Positions 23,924-36,045 are shown, counted from the stretch's first letter. The stretch is 37,657 nt of DNA from Saprolegnia diclina VS20 (GCF_000281045.1 NW_008246084.1:199538-237194), one strand, 5' to 3'. Translations and numbers: made by a program. Notes: generated by a model not told the origin, from the letters alone.

Positions 23924-24456
23924 GTGGATCTGGCCTTTTCCGAAATGGCTCAATTGCTCATTTTCCTCGAAAAGACCATCACTCTAGAGATATCCGCGGA
24001 CCAGGTAGCCCGTGTGAATGCTTGTCGTGCTGGACGATCGTTGCCCTCGGGGAGTTGCCCTCGGCCATGCACTGCTTCAGTGAGCAGGCAGACGCTAGAC
24101 AAGCCAAGATGGCACCGGGTGCTGCCACGCCACCACGACGCACACGAAGTCGCATCAGCCGCCGACGTTGACGCAGCGTGGACTGCCTCGATCAAGCGTC
24201 CCGGTCATTGACGCCATGGCAGCCAAGCGGACTGCCAGCGCAATGCCGAGACTTGACTTGGAAGCGCGAGACACGCCGTTGGTCGGTGGTACCGCAGTGT
24301 TCGACTGCCAGCACTAGCTGCGCACACCGTGCTACGCCAAGGCGTGGCGAGCGCTCGGGGTGTTCGCTATCTCCTCTTGTCTCTATGCGTACCAGAGAAC
24401 TGGTCGAGGGTTCAAGCACTGTCAAGTCATGCATATTTGTAATTAATGATATGATC

Positions 24457-25779
24457 TCAGCACGTCAAGGCTCGGCGCATGACTGGCAGGGCAACCCCAT
24501 CCGTGGCCGGCGACACCTCCGTCTTCTTGGAGCCGCGCTCGAGAAAGCTCGCCATCTTGGATGCGAGGAGGCAGCACAGTCGCCAACGCAAGGTAGCTCG
24601 AAGCAACGCTCGACGAAAGCGCGTCATCGCTGGCGACGCTAGCCGCTCCGAGATGCGCTCCGACCGGCGCGCATCCACATAGGCCGGCAGACGCGAGACG
24701 ATCTCGGACGACCAGCGGCGCCGAGCCAAATCGTGGCGCCACGTCATGACGTAGTCCGGAAGCCGCGCAAGGTACCGCCGACGGCGCCAGCGCACAATAC
24801 CTGAGCCCAGCGTCTTCATCCACGTCGGTGACGAGCCCATCGTCGATGAGATCGCAGCCAGACGCTGAGCCAGAACAAATGGGCCAATGGCAGGCACGAC
24901 CGTCGTCCGAAAGCGCCGACGGTAGACGCATTGCTTTGCGTATGTCGCCAGTGCGCGCTTGGCTGACTTTGTAGCCAAGAGAGCCTGCGCACGCAGGTGC
25001 AGCTGAGTCCACTCGACCTGCTCTGGCCAGCTAAAGCTCTCGCCGCAAAAGCACAAGATCGAGGCGCAGCCGTCGCCCTTGACGAGGAAGATCTTGCATG
25101 CAGGGCACTGCGCCATGTCATCAAATTCGTACTCACTGATGTCGCAGTCGTGGTCGTCATCGTAGTCCTTCTGGCAGATGAAGCACACTTCGCGCTCGCA
25201 GCACGGAGTCGTCATCGAGCAAGCACGGTGCATCCAATGGGTGAAGAGCAAACCAGCGCGCTCGCTATCGCCGATACCTCGGAGGATCGTGTCAACTGCC
25301 GTGTTGGTGGCACACGCGCGTGCATAGAGCTCCTGCACCGCGAGCTTGTGCTGGACGTACGCCATCACGTCGCCGGCCAGCACAAGGTCCGTTGGTATCT
25401 CAGACTCGGGCGAGGCAATGTGCGTCTCGTAGAGTGTTTCAGTCTCGGGAAGGAGGCACGTTGTAGAGTCACAGTCGGGGCACCGGATGAAGCACGCCGT
25501 CTTGACGCGTTCGTTCAAGTCGTACAGCAGCCCGCGGGTGGCGTCGTCGCTGCAACCAAGGCGGAACAAGTGCATGTTGACCGGCCGCACACAGAGCGGG
25601 CAGTGTAGCTTGGTCAAGACACCGGCGATCGCACTCGCAAGCTTGGAGGCTACATACGCGCGCAAGCAGGCGACGCAGACGGCGCCGGCGCACGAAGTCT
25701 CGTCACCGCAGACAGCGCGGATCGTAGCGACGTCGTCGAGGCAGATGGCGCACGTCGTGGGCTCGTGCTCGGGCTCCAT
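24457..25779 (-). CDS. Atypical RBR-like zinc-finger protein, paralog 2
   Basis: CAICLD..C....SC...VCVAC..CPLC; RCPDC [insert] CCEREVCFICQ....HDC; CPAC..VKGDGCASILCFCG..FSW. Same layout and strand as the neighbour; start taken at MEPEHEP. Confidence 0.8.
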   Translation of the reverse strand: MEPEHEPTTCAICLDDVATIRAVCGDETSCAGAVCVACLRAYVASKLASAIAGVLTKLHCPLCVRPVNMHLFRLGCSDDATRGLLYDLNERVKTACFIRCPDCDSTTCLLPETETLYETHIASPESEIPTDLVLAGDVMAYVQHKLAVQELYARACATNTAVDTILRGIGDSERAGLLFTHWMHRACSMTTPCCEREVCFICQKDYDDDHDCDISEYEFDDMAQCPACKIFLVKGDGCASILCFCGESFSWPEQVEWTQLHLRAQALLATKSAKRALATYAKQCVYRRRFRTTVVPAIGPFVLAQRLAAISSTMGSSPTWMKTLGSGIVRWRRRRYLARLPDYVMTWRHDLARRRWSSEIVSRLPAYVDARRSERISERLASPAMTRFRRALLRATLRWRLCCLLASKMASFLERGSKKTEVSPATDGVALPVMRRALTC

Positions 25780-27303
25780 GAGGCAAATGCAGAAATGGTA
25801 TTCCTGTTCGATGATGCTGACAGGATCGAGGTGAGTGATGGTGTTCGAGGAACACAGACAAGACACGCGGATCTCAGCCGCAAGATTTGACCGCAGTGGA
25901 GATTGTGGTGACCTGGCTCGTCCCATGGCGTAGTGCGAATCGGTGCCTGGGCGACTGCTGCGTGATGGTCCCTCTTGAACTTCCATCGCGCTGGATTTTG
26001 AAGTGAATATTCATGGCTCATGACGTGGCATCCTGTCCGCAGGGTTTGCCCTAGCGCGGTTTTTCGGGCTGTGGCCAAGGGCTTGGCCTTTGCCGAGCGT
26101 CTGACCATCGCGAGCATAAGGGAGCATGCGCTTGGTACGCCAGAGGGAAGCTCCCATCAGCGTCGCTGTCGCCTGTCTTGTGCTGTTGGATCATGTGGCC
26201 ATTGATGTTGCTCCTATTGGGACATACCAGTTTATCCGTGGGAAATACCATCGTTTTGGGACAAAGCCATCATTCGCAGGATAAAAGTATAATTCTGCCG
26301 ATTCCCCCAATGTGGGTAAAATTGGCAAATCCGATTCACCCCACCGTCGGCTCGCCATACATCGATGCCACGCACGAGTCTGCCGTGCTTGCTCGTGGAT
26401 GCAGCCTGCTAACACCCAACACGGCGCAAGCGAGTAGTGCACCGAAACCTAAGTCCTCAGCGAGGTAGAGCGCTGTCTTCATGCGCGATGCAGACGCTCT
26501 GTGCAATCAACTTTCCAGTCTCAGCTACACACCCGTGCTGCAATCAGCCACAAGCTCTTGATACGGATCGGTCGTGGCCCTGAGACAGCGACCATGCTGC
26601 GTGCTCGAGGTACTTGGTGTTTTGTGGTTGTCCCGTCGAAACGGACGGGTCAGACGGGGATATGCGGCAGTGCGATTTGGAGCCACGAGTGGAATAGACG
26701 GTATGAGCCTGCAAGCACCCCGTCGGTATACGTACTGTACCTGGCGACAGCACTTTGTTCGTACAGAAGTCATTGCCAACGAGCTTTGTAAGCCAAAGTC
26801 CTTTTCACTTCGTCAAGCGGACAATCTTGCTACCTAGAGATTATTGCGTCGGCGCAAGACTCTTGACGTATCGGCATGGCAGCGTCATGCGTCTGTCTGC
26901 TGCGCACCGTTGCAGCCGGCGACGTTGTCGTCGTCCGCTCCTGGATGAGAACGTGCGACGAAGCAGCCCGCGTCCATGGCCCAAGATCGGTGGCGGCGAC
27001 CGCTGATTGGGTGGTGCCCCTATCTTGCTCACTCTATCGGACGCCAACCACTTGGTTTTTGTATGGTTGGGTCCAGCGAGTCAGTTCTGAAAACTTTCTT
27101 TTCAGCGCTGCCTACTTTGTACCTTGAACGTCATTTTTTAAAGCTTACCTACGCTTTGTAGTGTAGAATTATAATAATGGTAGAGGCTACCCACAGCGGG
27201 TGCAAATCCGCATATGCAAAAGGGAGTGGCGGAGGAACTTGCCTGGAACGCGAAACGCACAAGCGGCGAAGACGACATTTCGCTTGCGATCTCTCACGAC
27301 CAG

Positions 27304-29361
27304 ATGGCAGCTCTGCACGACGACGGCCTCGACGAGCGGGTAGGCGCATGCGATGGCACCTCCGGCGGCGCATGACGGCCTCGTGTGTCTAGCTACGCCT
27401 CAAGATCCAGCCGCATCCGCCCAAGTTTCCCTTCAAAGGCCATCCGTTCGAGATCACAGTCTACCTCGTCGATGGCTCCGAGCACTTGCGGACCGGGTGC
27501 GTGGCCGCGCCGCCCATGGCTGCCTTCATGCGAACGTTCTCATTAGGATCAAGCTGCCACTGCAGGTCGACCTCGTCATTGGCGAGAAGCAAGGCGACCG
27601 GCGCATGCTGCGCCTCGACCCGTCGACGAAACCCCTCATTGACGGCGATGGCATGTGCAAGCTCAAGCTCTCGATCGAAGAGACGTCGATGGCCCACGGC
27701 AACAAGAAGTTCCACTTGTCCATATCGCCTGCGTCCAGCGGTCCGACTGTCTCTTCTAGCTCGGCGGTCTCATCGCTGCTGTAGGCCTTGACGTGACCCC
27801 GATTCTCTCCAACGAAATGACGGTCATCCGGCACCGCCTCGTGATCCAAGAGGAGCTGCCCGAGCTGTGGTACAAGGACGAAGGCGGGCGCGACAAGTGC
27901 ATGCTTTTGCCCGTGCACCTGGTCGACCACAACAACAACCCGGTCGGGTCCCGGCCGGTCCCACTGCGTGTGACGCTGCTCTACGAAAACGAGCACCCGG
28001 TGCTCAAGCAGGACATTCTCAAGATGTCGCCCGACTCGCAGCGCGTCATTGACCAGCACGGAAAAGCCGTCTTGAAGCTGCGCATTGAAGACGTGAGCAA
28101 GAACCACCAGGGCCAAGCCTTCCGGCTCAAGGTCGAGGCCGACACGGCGCAGTCGCCCATCAACTTTGACGTCGCCTTCGACCTCAGCACGACCATTTCC
28201 GTGCGGTCGAAGCGCAACAAGCGCCGCGGACCGCCGACGTCAAGCGCACTTGGCGGCTTGAAGGCGCCGCACATCATCACCGGCGAAAGCCACGGATCTC
28301 CGACGCACCTCGACCTCGTGTCGCCATCGGACGCCAAGCGGTCGCGGCAAGACCACCTCGACGTTCCGACGTCGAGCGCCGCCAAGATGAACCCGAGCAT
28401 GGAGAGCGTCCTGAGCTGGACCGGGTCGGTGGTCCAAGGGCTGCAACACCTCGAATGGCAACCGATCGGGTTTGAGACCAAACCGGATGGCTCGATGGAC
28501 CGCGACCGGCCCATCTACCGGTGTCCGGCTTGCTGGCGCTACAAGGACACGCTCACCTTCGACACGCAGCAGCACGACGCCAAGTGCCTCATCGCCAACC
28601 TCCTCTTGACGTACGCCACCGAGACGGTCCACCACTACGACGCGCTGCTCAAGCTCACCGACAAAATCCAAGAACGAAGTGGCAACAAGGGCTTTGCGGC
28701 ACCGAGTGCCATCGCCGCCAGTAGCAACGGCGTTAGCAACCCCAGCAACAACGGCAACAGCAACAACAACGGGCCGACGCCGCAGAGCATGCCCATGTAC
28801 GGCAAGCCGCCGTCTGGGATGGTGTCGTCATCCGCGGCGACAGGGCCGCCGCAACTGCAGCGGGGCATCACCGACATGGTCAACTCGCTCGACGTGCCGC
28901 CCAACCTCTTTCGTGGCAACTCGTCGAGCCTCGCAGAATTTTCCGAGCTTCTCGACGACTCGAACGGCAACAGCTTTATGGCGCCGACGTCGTCGGAAGT
29001 GAGTTTGGCGATCGAGGTGCAAGTGTACTGCGTCATTGCGCGCATGTCGGCGCTCAGCAACAATGCGTACGCGGGGTTTCCAGCCTTTGACATGGGGTTG
29101 CACCTCCTCGGGTTCTACCAAGAGTCGCAAGACACGTCGACGACGCAGATTGTGTTTTGCCCCATCAACGACGTGCACGGCATCTCGACGTACGAGGTGC
29201 AGCGCTTCCAGATGATGGTGCGGCAAGAGCTCAAGGAAGAGAGCAAGGCGGTGTTCCGACTCGACCGGTTCTCGAACGACCTCAACAAGCTCAAGGAAAA
29301 CGTCATGTTTTTCCACTGGGAAACCAACAAGGAGCGCCAAGTGCCCCAGTGGGTCATGTAA
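27304..29361 (+). CDS. Protein with two tandem beta-rich (putative p53/CBP60/CudA-like Ig-fold DNA-binding) domains, basic NLS, CxxC-H-C module, N-rich region; 4 exons
   Basis: Spliced MAALHDDGLDER|LRLKIQ...RTG|IKLPLQVDL...SSG|LDVTPILSNEMTVIRH joins the 27793-29361 ORF (WYKDEGG, RIEDVSKNHQGQAFRL, SVRSKRNKRR, CPAC..H...C). Confidence 0.8.
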
Positions 29362-29660
29362 GCGTAGTAGGAGTAGGAGTAGGAACACAAGGATACCATC
29401 ATACACGTTGCAACACATTTTTGAAGCGGTTCTTGATATATTCAATATCTCACAAGCTCAGAGGTTAAAGCACGAGTTGATGTTTCGTTTTTTGAAATAG
29501 CTATCCCTCGGTGCGTGGCTTGTAGGACAGGGAAGGATATTTTTGCTTGATTCCAGGATACCTCGATCTATCTGCACGCCTCCAGGTGTAGTGCTTTATC
29601 TGGGACCTCTTTCGAGGAATTCACGGGTTGTCGACGTGGTTTTGTCGACGCTGAGCACGT

Positions 29661-29719
29661 TAGATAGAAAGATAGATAGAAAGATAGATAGAAAGATAGA
29701 TAGAAAGAAAGAAAGATAG
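29661..29719. repeat. Compound GATA/GAAA microsatellite (TAGATAGAAAGA)n
   Basis: About 4 copies of the 12-mer decaying into GAAA repeats. Confidence 0.9.
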
Positions 29720-29989
29720 TGGTAGTCAGGCAACTGCTCGACGAGAAGGGCGATTGAACAGCACCTAGCCCTAACCTAGCCCTAATGACGTGGCAGCGCC
29801 GTAGGCGAGTACAACACGGTGCCCCGTCCCGCTCGCGGCAGTTGGATGTGTTTTCTCGCGCCGCGTCGCAATGGATCCGAAAAGCAGGGCTGGTACCTCG
29901 CTCGCTGGTCGCTTGAAATGGCTGGTGCACGGACGTAGCAGTTCTTGTCGAAATCTATTGCTCAAATTTGAATTGGCTCGGTTCCGATC

Positions 29990-30683
29990 ATGTCGTTCAA
30001 CTTGGCCCACGACCGCGATGTCCTCAACGGCATGACGTACTATGAAGTACTCAAGCTCGCCAAGATGCACCACGTGCAGAGCACCAAGTACCGCATGAGC
30101 AAGACGTATATGATCAACGCGCTCTTGGGCATGGACCCGAAGAGCAACGTCGACCGCCTCGACTGCGAAGACAAGATTGCGGCGGCGCACGACTTTCGCC
30201 AAGTGCAGGACGAGGTCGTTCATAGATTCTTCTACACCTTGTACGATGTATACGCGGTAGGTCGAGGAGTACATCTTCCAGCACGACCTCGGGTCGAGCG
30301 ACGTGCTCTTGATCTCGTGGAACATTTCGTCCATCAACCGCGTCGTCCAGGCGCTCAAGGTGATGACCAACGCGGTGCCGCACTGGTGCAGCATGAAGAC
30401 GATGGACCACGTGACGAACGATCAGCTGCTCGACGAGCTCATGGCGTACCTCTGCTTTGGCATCGAGCGTGTCGGCCGCGTCATGGTACTGCCGGAGACG
30501 CCCATGGAGTGGCTCCTCTTGGGGCAGCGGCTTCGCGACATCTCGTACGACCGATTCATGCAGGACTTTGCCCGCGTGCCCGGCGTCTTTCCGCTGGCGA
30601 CGTTCACGCTGGTGCGCGCGGCGCACTACACGGCGCTTCCGATGCTTCCTATGCCATTTGGTGCCAACAGCTTGTTTGAGTAA
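29990..30683 (+). CDS. Unknown family paralog A1 (N-terminal HeH/Rho-N-like motif), 2 exons, intron 30215-30260
   Basis: MSFNLAHDRDVLNGMTYYEVLKLAKMHHVQSTKYRMSK...VQDE|VEEYIFQHDL...NSLFE*; near-identical copies at 32707 and 36419 with the same intron position. Confidence 0.8.
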
Positions 30684-30850
30684 GCTGTTATGAGTAGCAT
30701 GCTGCAAGCATTAACCCTAATCACTGACACTGGGTGGTATTTCCACTTGCTCATTTTGCCATACTTGCAGCACAACGTACGAGTGATAGGATATCGTTGA
30801 TAGCGTCGATGCAACACTAACCCTCCCAGACCTCAAGGCGGATATAATGG

Positions 30851-30945
30851 TGCTTCGAGATGCTGGCGAATTGTGTGTGCGACCTCCATCGCGGTCGGCC
30901 GATAGTTCGGTGCTCGGGCAATGCTCTCGTGCACCCACGAGTTGC
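30851..30945 (-). pseudogene. TKL kinase C-terminal remnant
   Basis: Reads ...IARAPNYRPTAMEVAHTIRQHL (subdomain XI-like); similar to 35955-36045 in inverted orientation. Confidence 0.55.
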
Positions 30946-31399
30946 CGGCAGCTGGAATCGCCCGCATACACTGTTTGTGCACTTGATAGACATGGCGTAT
31001 TCGCTTGCTACTGGCGCCAGGGACCGACTACAGAGGCGTATGCACGGACAGGCATGGGCTGCGTCATTGACGCCGTCGCTCATACCTTCTATGGTCACCT
31101 AGAAACCGACAAAAATAATGGCTGATTTGGGAGCCGATAAAATTTACAGATGTAATAGTTAAATGCTAAAAAGAACTAGAATCGATAGATCTGGCTGGGC
31201 AAGAGGAAGCGAGCCTAGTCCTCTGAATAAAATTTGAATGCGTTTTGACGAAGTTATCGACGTTCTACCAACGTGAATTTGGCATACCGAGTCGCATCCG
31301 GTAGGTATTATCCAGTGGTGTTGGTGGGCGTATCCGGTCGGTTTAAATGGTCATCCATCCCACAAGTGCCGCAATTCACGCGCCAAGAACGCCGCCATC

Positions 31400-31990
31400 A
31401 ACCCAGTGAAGCTTATCGCGCTCGCCCAACTGCACCCAAATGCAATCGCCTTATTCACCTTCGACCAGTCGACCAACCACGCGGCGTTTGCCCCCGACGC
31501 ACTCCGCGCCTCGAACGAGAACTTGAACCCCGGTGGTGCTCAAGCCCTAATGCGCTCATGCAAGTCTTCGGACGGCCGCGACCAGCCTTAGTATTCGAAG
31601 CCAGCATGGAGAAAGCGGGCCAGGCGGAGCAAGTACTTCTTGAGCGTGGCGGCGATCGTCGCCACACATGGCCTGCGGATGAAGCTCCCAAACGAAAAGG
31701 TCTATGGCGGCGCCACCGAAGGCAGGCTCATGTGCTGCGCGAAGCACAGCGTTGCGTCGCAACCCGACTTTCACAGGTATCGCTCTGGAAGGAGACGGTC
31801 ACGGGCGAGGGCCACCACTGCTTGTTCTTGCCCAAGTATCATTGCGAGTTGAACCCCCTCGAAGCCTACTGAGGTGCAGCCAAGAGCTACGCTCGGACCA
31901 ACTGCAAGTCCTCGTTCGAAGGACTCAAGACTTGCGTCCCATAGAGTCTCGAAAGCGATCCGTTAATATCGATGCGGAAGTATTTGTTTT
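31400..31990 (+). mobile_element. Degraded IS630-Tc1-mariner-like (DDE_3-type) transposase remnant
   Basis: Across frameshifts: FTFDQSTNH.AFAPDAL..N.NPGG.Q..MR, VLLERG, CC....SQPDF, GHHCLFLPKYHCELNPLEAY*GAAKSYARTNC; in-frame stops; no TIRs seen. Confidence 0.75.
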
Positions 31991-31997
31991 AATGTGG

Positions 31998-32167
31998 GAA
32001 GCAAGCGAAGATGTTGGCACGAGGCTGTATATTCAAGAGTGAGATTAAAGAGAGCCTATGTGCTGAGAGCCGAAGAATACCAGGAGACAGGACTGTGGTA
32101 AAGCTGACTCGGATAAGCAATATCTGCAAAGAAGCATGCTGTTCCATGTTGAAGCACACCACTGAGT
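31998..32167. repeat. Dispersed duplicated non-coding block
   Basis: 31998-32070 resembles 35811-35876 (direct); 32069-32166 resembles 35543-35640 (inverted). Confidence 0.8.
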
Positions 32168-32706
32168 AAGCTGGGCATCCAACCTCAATCTGGGCTGGCA
32201 AGGGAACGTTGTACGGATACAACCGTATTGTTTCTGGTTAAGTATGTTATCCGTATACAATTCCTCAGTCCAGTTAACAGTATTTTCGTCGATGCGGACA
32301 CTTCGTCGAATCGTACCGTTGAGGCTGCGATAACGAGCTGACGAAGGTCACCCACTAGAAGTATAGGAGCCATCGACGCATTCCCAAGTCTATTTTACAA
32401 GAAAAAGACGCTCCACTCGCCGAAATGAAGTCGAAATAGTTGATCGATCTAAAAAAATAGCTTGTGTTTTCACGGTCAAAATTTGGCCGTTTGTCGGTCT
32501 TTAGATGACGTGCACCATACACCCATCCGGATACATGATAAACTTGCAGCCGATGGTCGACGCCGCAGTCCCCACTGCGCCACATCTACTTGGCCAGTTC
32601 GAGAAGAAACCAGCGGGAAAGGTGCCTCGTCCCAACCAGACAAGACACCGTTGGAGTGCCTTCTTTGGCGGTTTGTCGTCAGATTTGAATTGGCTCTGTT
32701 CCGATC

Positions 32707-33398
32707 ATGTCGTTCAACTTGGCCCACGATCGCGATGTCCTCAACGGGATGACGTACTACGAAGTACTCAAGCTCGCCAAGACGCACAACGTGCAGAGCA
32801 CCAAGTACCGCATGAGCAAGGCGTATATGATCAACGCGCTCTTGGGCATGGACCCGAAGAACAACGTCGACCGCCTCGACTGCGAAGACAAGATTGCGGC
32901 GGCGCACGACTTTCGCCAAGTGCAGGACGAGGTATGTCTACTCATAACAGGGATCCCATTGAACTATTGCATTAGGTCGAGGACTACATTTTCCAGCACA
33001 ACCTCGGGTCGAGCGACGTGCTCTTGATCTCGTGGAACATTTCGTCCATCAACCGCGTCGTCCAGGCGTTCAAGGTCATGACGGACGCGGTGCCGCACTG
33101 GTCCAACGCAAAGAACTCTGGGGCGATGACGCACGAGCAGCTGCTCGACGAGCTCATGGCGTACCTCTGCTTTGGCATCGAGCGCGTCGGCCGTGTCATG
33201 GTGCTGCCCGAGACGCCCATGGAGTGGCTCCTCTTGGGGCAGCGCCTCCGCGACATCTCGTACGACCGATTCATGCAGGACTTTGCGCGCTTTCCAAACG
33301 CCTTTCCGCTGGCCACGTTTACGCTGGTGCGCGCGGCGCACTACACGGCGCTCCCGATGCTCCCGATGCCATTTGGCTCCAACAGCTTGTTTGTGTAA
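32707..33398 (+). CDS. Unknown family paralog A2, 2 exons, intron 32932-32975
   Basis: Intact near-identical paralog of 29990-30683 that shares about 45 nt of 3' flank with it. Confidence 0.8.
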
Positions 33399-34307
33399 GC
33401 TGTTATGAGTAGCATGCTGCAAGCATTAACCCCAATCTCTTATATTGGATGAATTCGCCACACTGCACGGTTTGTACGACGTAGAAATTGGTAATTGCAC
33501 GCATGTAGTGACAAGCGGTGACATGGGAGTCTCCGAGATCGATGCTTTGTCCACAGAGAGACTGCCTTCGAGCCGAGGTCCGCTATTGGAGATGTTGGAG
33601 CAACTGCCTTTGGTGGGATAAAACCGAAGAAGGTTTTAATGCTATGCTCGCTCTTGGGCGTAGAACTCGTCGCCTGATGTATCAACAGGCACCTAGCGAA
33701 TACATTCGCAGAGTCTGCTAGTCTGCCGACCCGTTCAATGCATCGACACGATCGCGGATTTCTGCTGGAGTTTGTCGTCCACCAACGCCATCCATCACGC
33801 ATTTTTGTAGTGTACCTGACCGCTCTTTTAAACAGCCAAGGCCAGAATATCCTTGATGCACCTGTTACCAGCGTTGGTTGCACGGACAGCATGCACACTA
33901 GCGTGCGTAGCACTTGATAGATGGAAGCAGCTATCGATTTGTCAATACGAAGTGTATGGCCCGAGGTGCATGTCGACAGAGTCTCATACTGCCTGGCACC
34001 GATCCGGATAAAATTCAGGTCGTGAGTCGCTTCCAACCTCCAACCCCTAGCGCCTCGTCGCGCGTGATTGTCGCGGGCGGTGAAGACCGGTGACCACGCG
34101 TAGGATTGAGCAAGTGAACAGACATAATAGAGCCCATGCATTTCATATGCACTCTTGGGACAGCCTACTGGCGCCAAGTCTCGAGCTCCAGCGTCCGAAA
34201 CGCGCTGCGCATCGCAAGTCTTCTGCAGCATGACGGCCAATCAAATCCATTAAAAATTCGAATCAAATTGTTGTCCAAAATTATACACAATGTTTGATTT
34301 GGGCGGA

Positions 34308-34801
34308 CTAGGCCATCGACGCCGCAAGGGCCAGCGCCACGAACGCGAGAGCTGCACCGGTGGTGATGGCGCTGCTGACCGGCTTGGTGGGTGCGGGCGT
34401 ATAGGCCGCCGACTCGGATGTCTTTGTCGTGCTTGGAGCTGTCGTTGTGTGCAAGGCAGTCGTCGCAGGGACGGCTGTCGTGGACGAGCCGCTCGGGGGT
34501 CGATACGAAAGAAGCATGGTCTTGAGACCTTTTTCCGGGTCCATCGAAGAAAAGTCGGTCGAGTCGACACCGCCATAGAGCATGGCGGCTCAATGGCCGC
34601 AGCCGCCGCCGCTGCTTTCTTGTACAACGCATCGCAATTGGTGTTCGTCCACGTCTTGCCTTGGTCACCGTCCAGAGAAGCAGCGCAATCACCCAAGTCG
34701 AAAGGCGTGAGGAGTTCCACGACAACGGCGTTGGAGCACGGGGCCGTCGTGGCCGACACGGCAGCAGCCAACGCAAACGTGAGGACGGTCAATGTCTTCA
34801 T
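34308..34801 (-). pseudogene. Elicitin-like secreted, Thr-rich, GPI-anchor-type protein with a frameshift near 34577
   Basis: Signal MKTLTVLTFALAAAVSA, Cys domain ending IEPPC, then in another frame YGGVDSTDF..., Ser/Thr stalk and hydrophobic C-terminus AALAFVALALAASMA*. Confidence 0.6.
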
Positions 34802-35874
34802 GGGTATGGATGTCTTGGTTCGGAACGAAATGAAAAGTGATTCGGCTGCTGTCGAATGCATCCACGAATTATCACGAGTTTCGACATCTGGTTGACCAGA
34901 CGAGTCCTTCAAACATCTGGCTCGATCCGTTGAAGGTTGCTATTGTACCGGTAGGAGACGGTCTGCATTGCACAGGTTTGTGGCGACACGGATCCTGCAC
35001 CCCACGAAGTCATCTCTTTCTCTTTTGGCAAGTAGTTTGAGCGAGCGCGCAAGAACTCGAAATCCCACGCGCGCCAAGTTGAATGGCGACAGCGAAAACC
35101 GCAGCGCACCATATATATTTCATGCTTTTGGCCTGCGAATATTGAGGTATCAATATTCCTTCTTGGACTCCAACGGAGGGTCCACCGCGTACAAGGTCTT
35201 GTCGTATTTTTCACTTCGCATTACTATCTTTCTTTGCCGACGATCTTCTTTAATCGCAGCAGCAAGCAGTCAGCAATTCGAATTACAATTAAAGTACGCA
35301 GCACTGGTCGCAACTCGTGCCAATCTGCACTGTCGAAGAGGACAGAGTACATCGATTGGGGCGCTTTGCAACCAACTCTACGAGCGTGTGCAAAAGGTTC
35401 TAAAATTTATTGCGTGAAATTTCGACCACCGCAACCTCGTGCACTCGTACTGGTACTTGATAGCGATCTGGCTGATTCCACCAGTACACTGGACGCATAT
35501 TGGCAATATGCGCCTCGTGGAGGCGGTACGTGCACTAAATCGCTCAGTGGTGTGCTTTAACATGGAATAGCATGCTTCTTTGCAGTGGTTGCTTATCCGA
35601 GTCAGCTTCACCATTGTCCTATCTCCTGGTGTACTTCAGCTGGCTATCCACGCTTTTTCGTATTTTGCCCCAACTCGAAATCTACCTTTTTGTTGGTTTG
35701 GTCCAAGTACGGATCTCGTGCGTGCTCAGCTCTGTGATCCCAAACAAATAGATGCCGGCCGCCGTCAAGTCGTGGTTCTCTTGGAGAATCTCACGCGCCT
35801 CCTGTTACGTGAAGCAAGCGAAGACGAGGGTGTATATTCAAGAGTGATTTAATAGAGAGCCCATGCGCCGAGGG

Positions 35875-36045
35875 CTGCTCGTGGACACGGCCATTATGGC
35901 CCGGGTGATTGACGGGTCAATCGTTCGGGGAAAGCATGCCGCCGTAGGTGTGCGCTCTAGCGCGCCAGTGCATTTCCCGAGCACCGGACGATCGACCGAC
36001 CGCGATGGAGGTTGCGCTCACGATTCGTCAGCGGCTATACAATCA
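35875..36045 (+). pseudogene. TKL kinase C-terminal remnant
   Basis: LVDTAIMARVIDGSI followed, after a frameshift, by ALARQCISRAPDDRPTAMEVALTIRQ; no upstream catalytic motifs. Confidence 0.6.

Noticed and set aside
24000..24300. Possible third degenerate RBR tail (ALAVRLAAMASM vs VLAQRLAAISSTM)
   Set aside because: Similarity too short to distinguish from chance.
33440..34240. 266-aa minus-strand ORF
   Set aside because: No codon bias or recognisable motif; probably decayed or non-coding DNA.
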